A stretch of DNA of 64,000 bases, taken from the sequence record KP869100, one strand, 5' to 3'. This DNA comes from Escherichia typing phage 1. Positions within the stretch are counted from its first letter, which is position 1. Every line of letters starts with the position of its first letter. The position numbers were made by a program, and so were the translations under genes. Of the stretch, positions 63,379-64,000 are shown piece after piece. The notes below the pieces were generated by a model. That model was not told the origin of the DNA and did no database searches. It worked only from the letters and a program-made list of their open reading frames with translations.

Positions 63379-64000
63379 TTATTCGTAAGCCACTGTACCT
63401 TTCAAGTCAACATCCAAGATAGCCCCTGCTAAGATACCTGAGAAGGTAACGTCTTTCAGGATACGAGCTTTCTTGTCTGCCAAAGCAACTTGAGAGGCTT
63501 TAGGAACATTAACTGTGTAAGATGACAGGAAGTTTCTGTTGACTGCTCTTTGCAGAGAGGTTTCAATGACTTGACGAATACGGGTAATACCAGTATCATC
63601 ATAAGTAATCTTACCACCCTTCTGGTTAATTAGCAAGTCTCTCAGAGAAGTTTTCAGGTCTGATTCTAACCAGTCAACACCACGGACGATATCAATCCAT
63701 TCCCCACCAGAAGTAATCCCTCTACGAACCACTGGAACACCACCATCAAGGTCAATAAAGTTACAGTGACGTGCATCTAAAGCTGACTTCTGAATACTTG
63801 TCAGAGGTCTCTGATTAGATGGCTGTAGAGAAGCAGCTACGCCAGTTAACTGTGCGTTACCCCAAGCAATTGAACCTGCATCATACGGAGCGCCATAAGC
63901 AATGTATGCCATTTCTGGATAGTCTTCTGCTGCTGTGTGATGCCACAAGCAAACGGTACGAGTGTACTGACTCTTAGCAAGCTGTGCTGGAACATCATTT
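63379..64000 (-). CDS. tail sheath protein (C-terminal part; 5' end beyond the window)
   Basis: Open minus-strand frame running to the window edge, upstream of the tube gene. Confidence 0.5.
   Translation of the reverse strand, partial: NDVPAQLAKSQYTRTVCLWHHTAAEDYPEMAYIAYGAPYDAGSIAWGNAQLTGVAASLQPSNQRPLTSIQKSALDARHCNFIDLDGGVPVVRRGITSGGEWIDIVRGVDWLESDLKTSLRDLLINQKGGKITYDDTGITRIRQVIETSLQRAVNRNFLSSYTVNVPKASQVALADKKARILKDVTFSGILAGAILDVDLKGTVAYE

Overview
The window reads as a contiguous stretch of a lytic, AT-rich, tailed dsDNA phage genome; gene content and order resemble Felix O1-like (Ounavirinae) myoviruses, but that assignment is inference from motifs, not a database search. No host genes, integrase, tRNA or CRISPR array were seen. 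Layout: (i) 13-982, two plus-strand ORFs ending at a terminator; (ii) 1022-2560, a 1.5-kb non-coding, repeat-dense region; (iii) 2624-8648, about 15 small minus-strand ORFs, each preceded by one of two families of repeated promoter + stem-loop + Shine-Dalgarno cassettes; (iv) 8650-9150, a GC-richer non-coding island with direct repeats; (v) 9155-38950, a long minus-strand block with a macro-domain protein, a lysis-like cluster (SLT transglycosylase, spanin-like pair), rIIA and a putative rIIB, an adjacent NAMPT-like + PRPP-synthetase-like pair, NrdD/NrdG, glutaredoxin, NrdA/NrdB, nucleases, flap endonuclease, SSB candidate, primase-helicase and dNMP kinase; (vi) 39208-49735, plus-strand family A DNA polymerase, ATP-dependent DNA ligase, small ORFs, DHFR and thymidylate synthase, with two intergenic loci carrying GT-rich repeat units that contain covarying hairpins; (vii) 49773-64000, minus-strand tail module (two His-rich tail fibres, baseplate, tape measure, chaperones, tube, partial sheath). 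The most interesting candidates are the NAMPT-like/Prs-like pair (possible NAD+ reconstitution counter-defence), the macro-domain protein, the two cassette families framing a hyperplastic small-gene region, the covarying GT-rich hairpin repeats, and the oriented TAACA repeat array. All domain calls rest on motifs read by eye; none was checked against a database.
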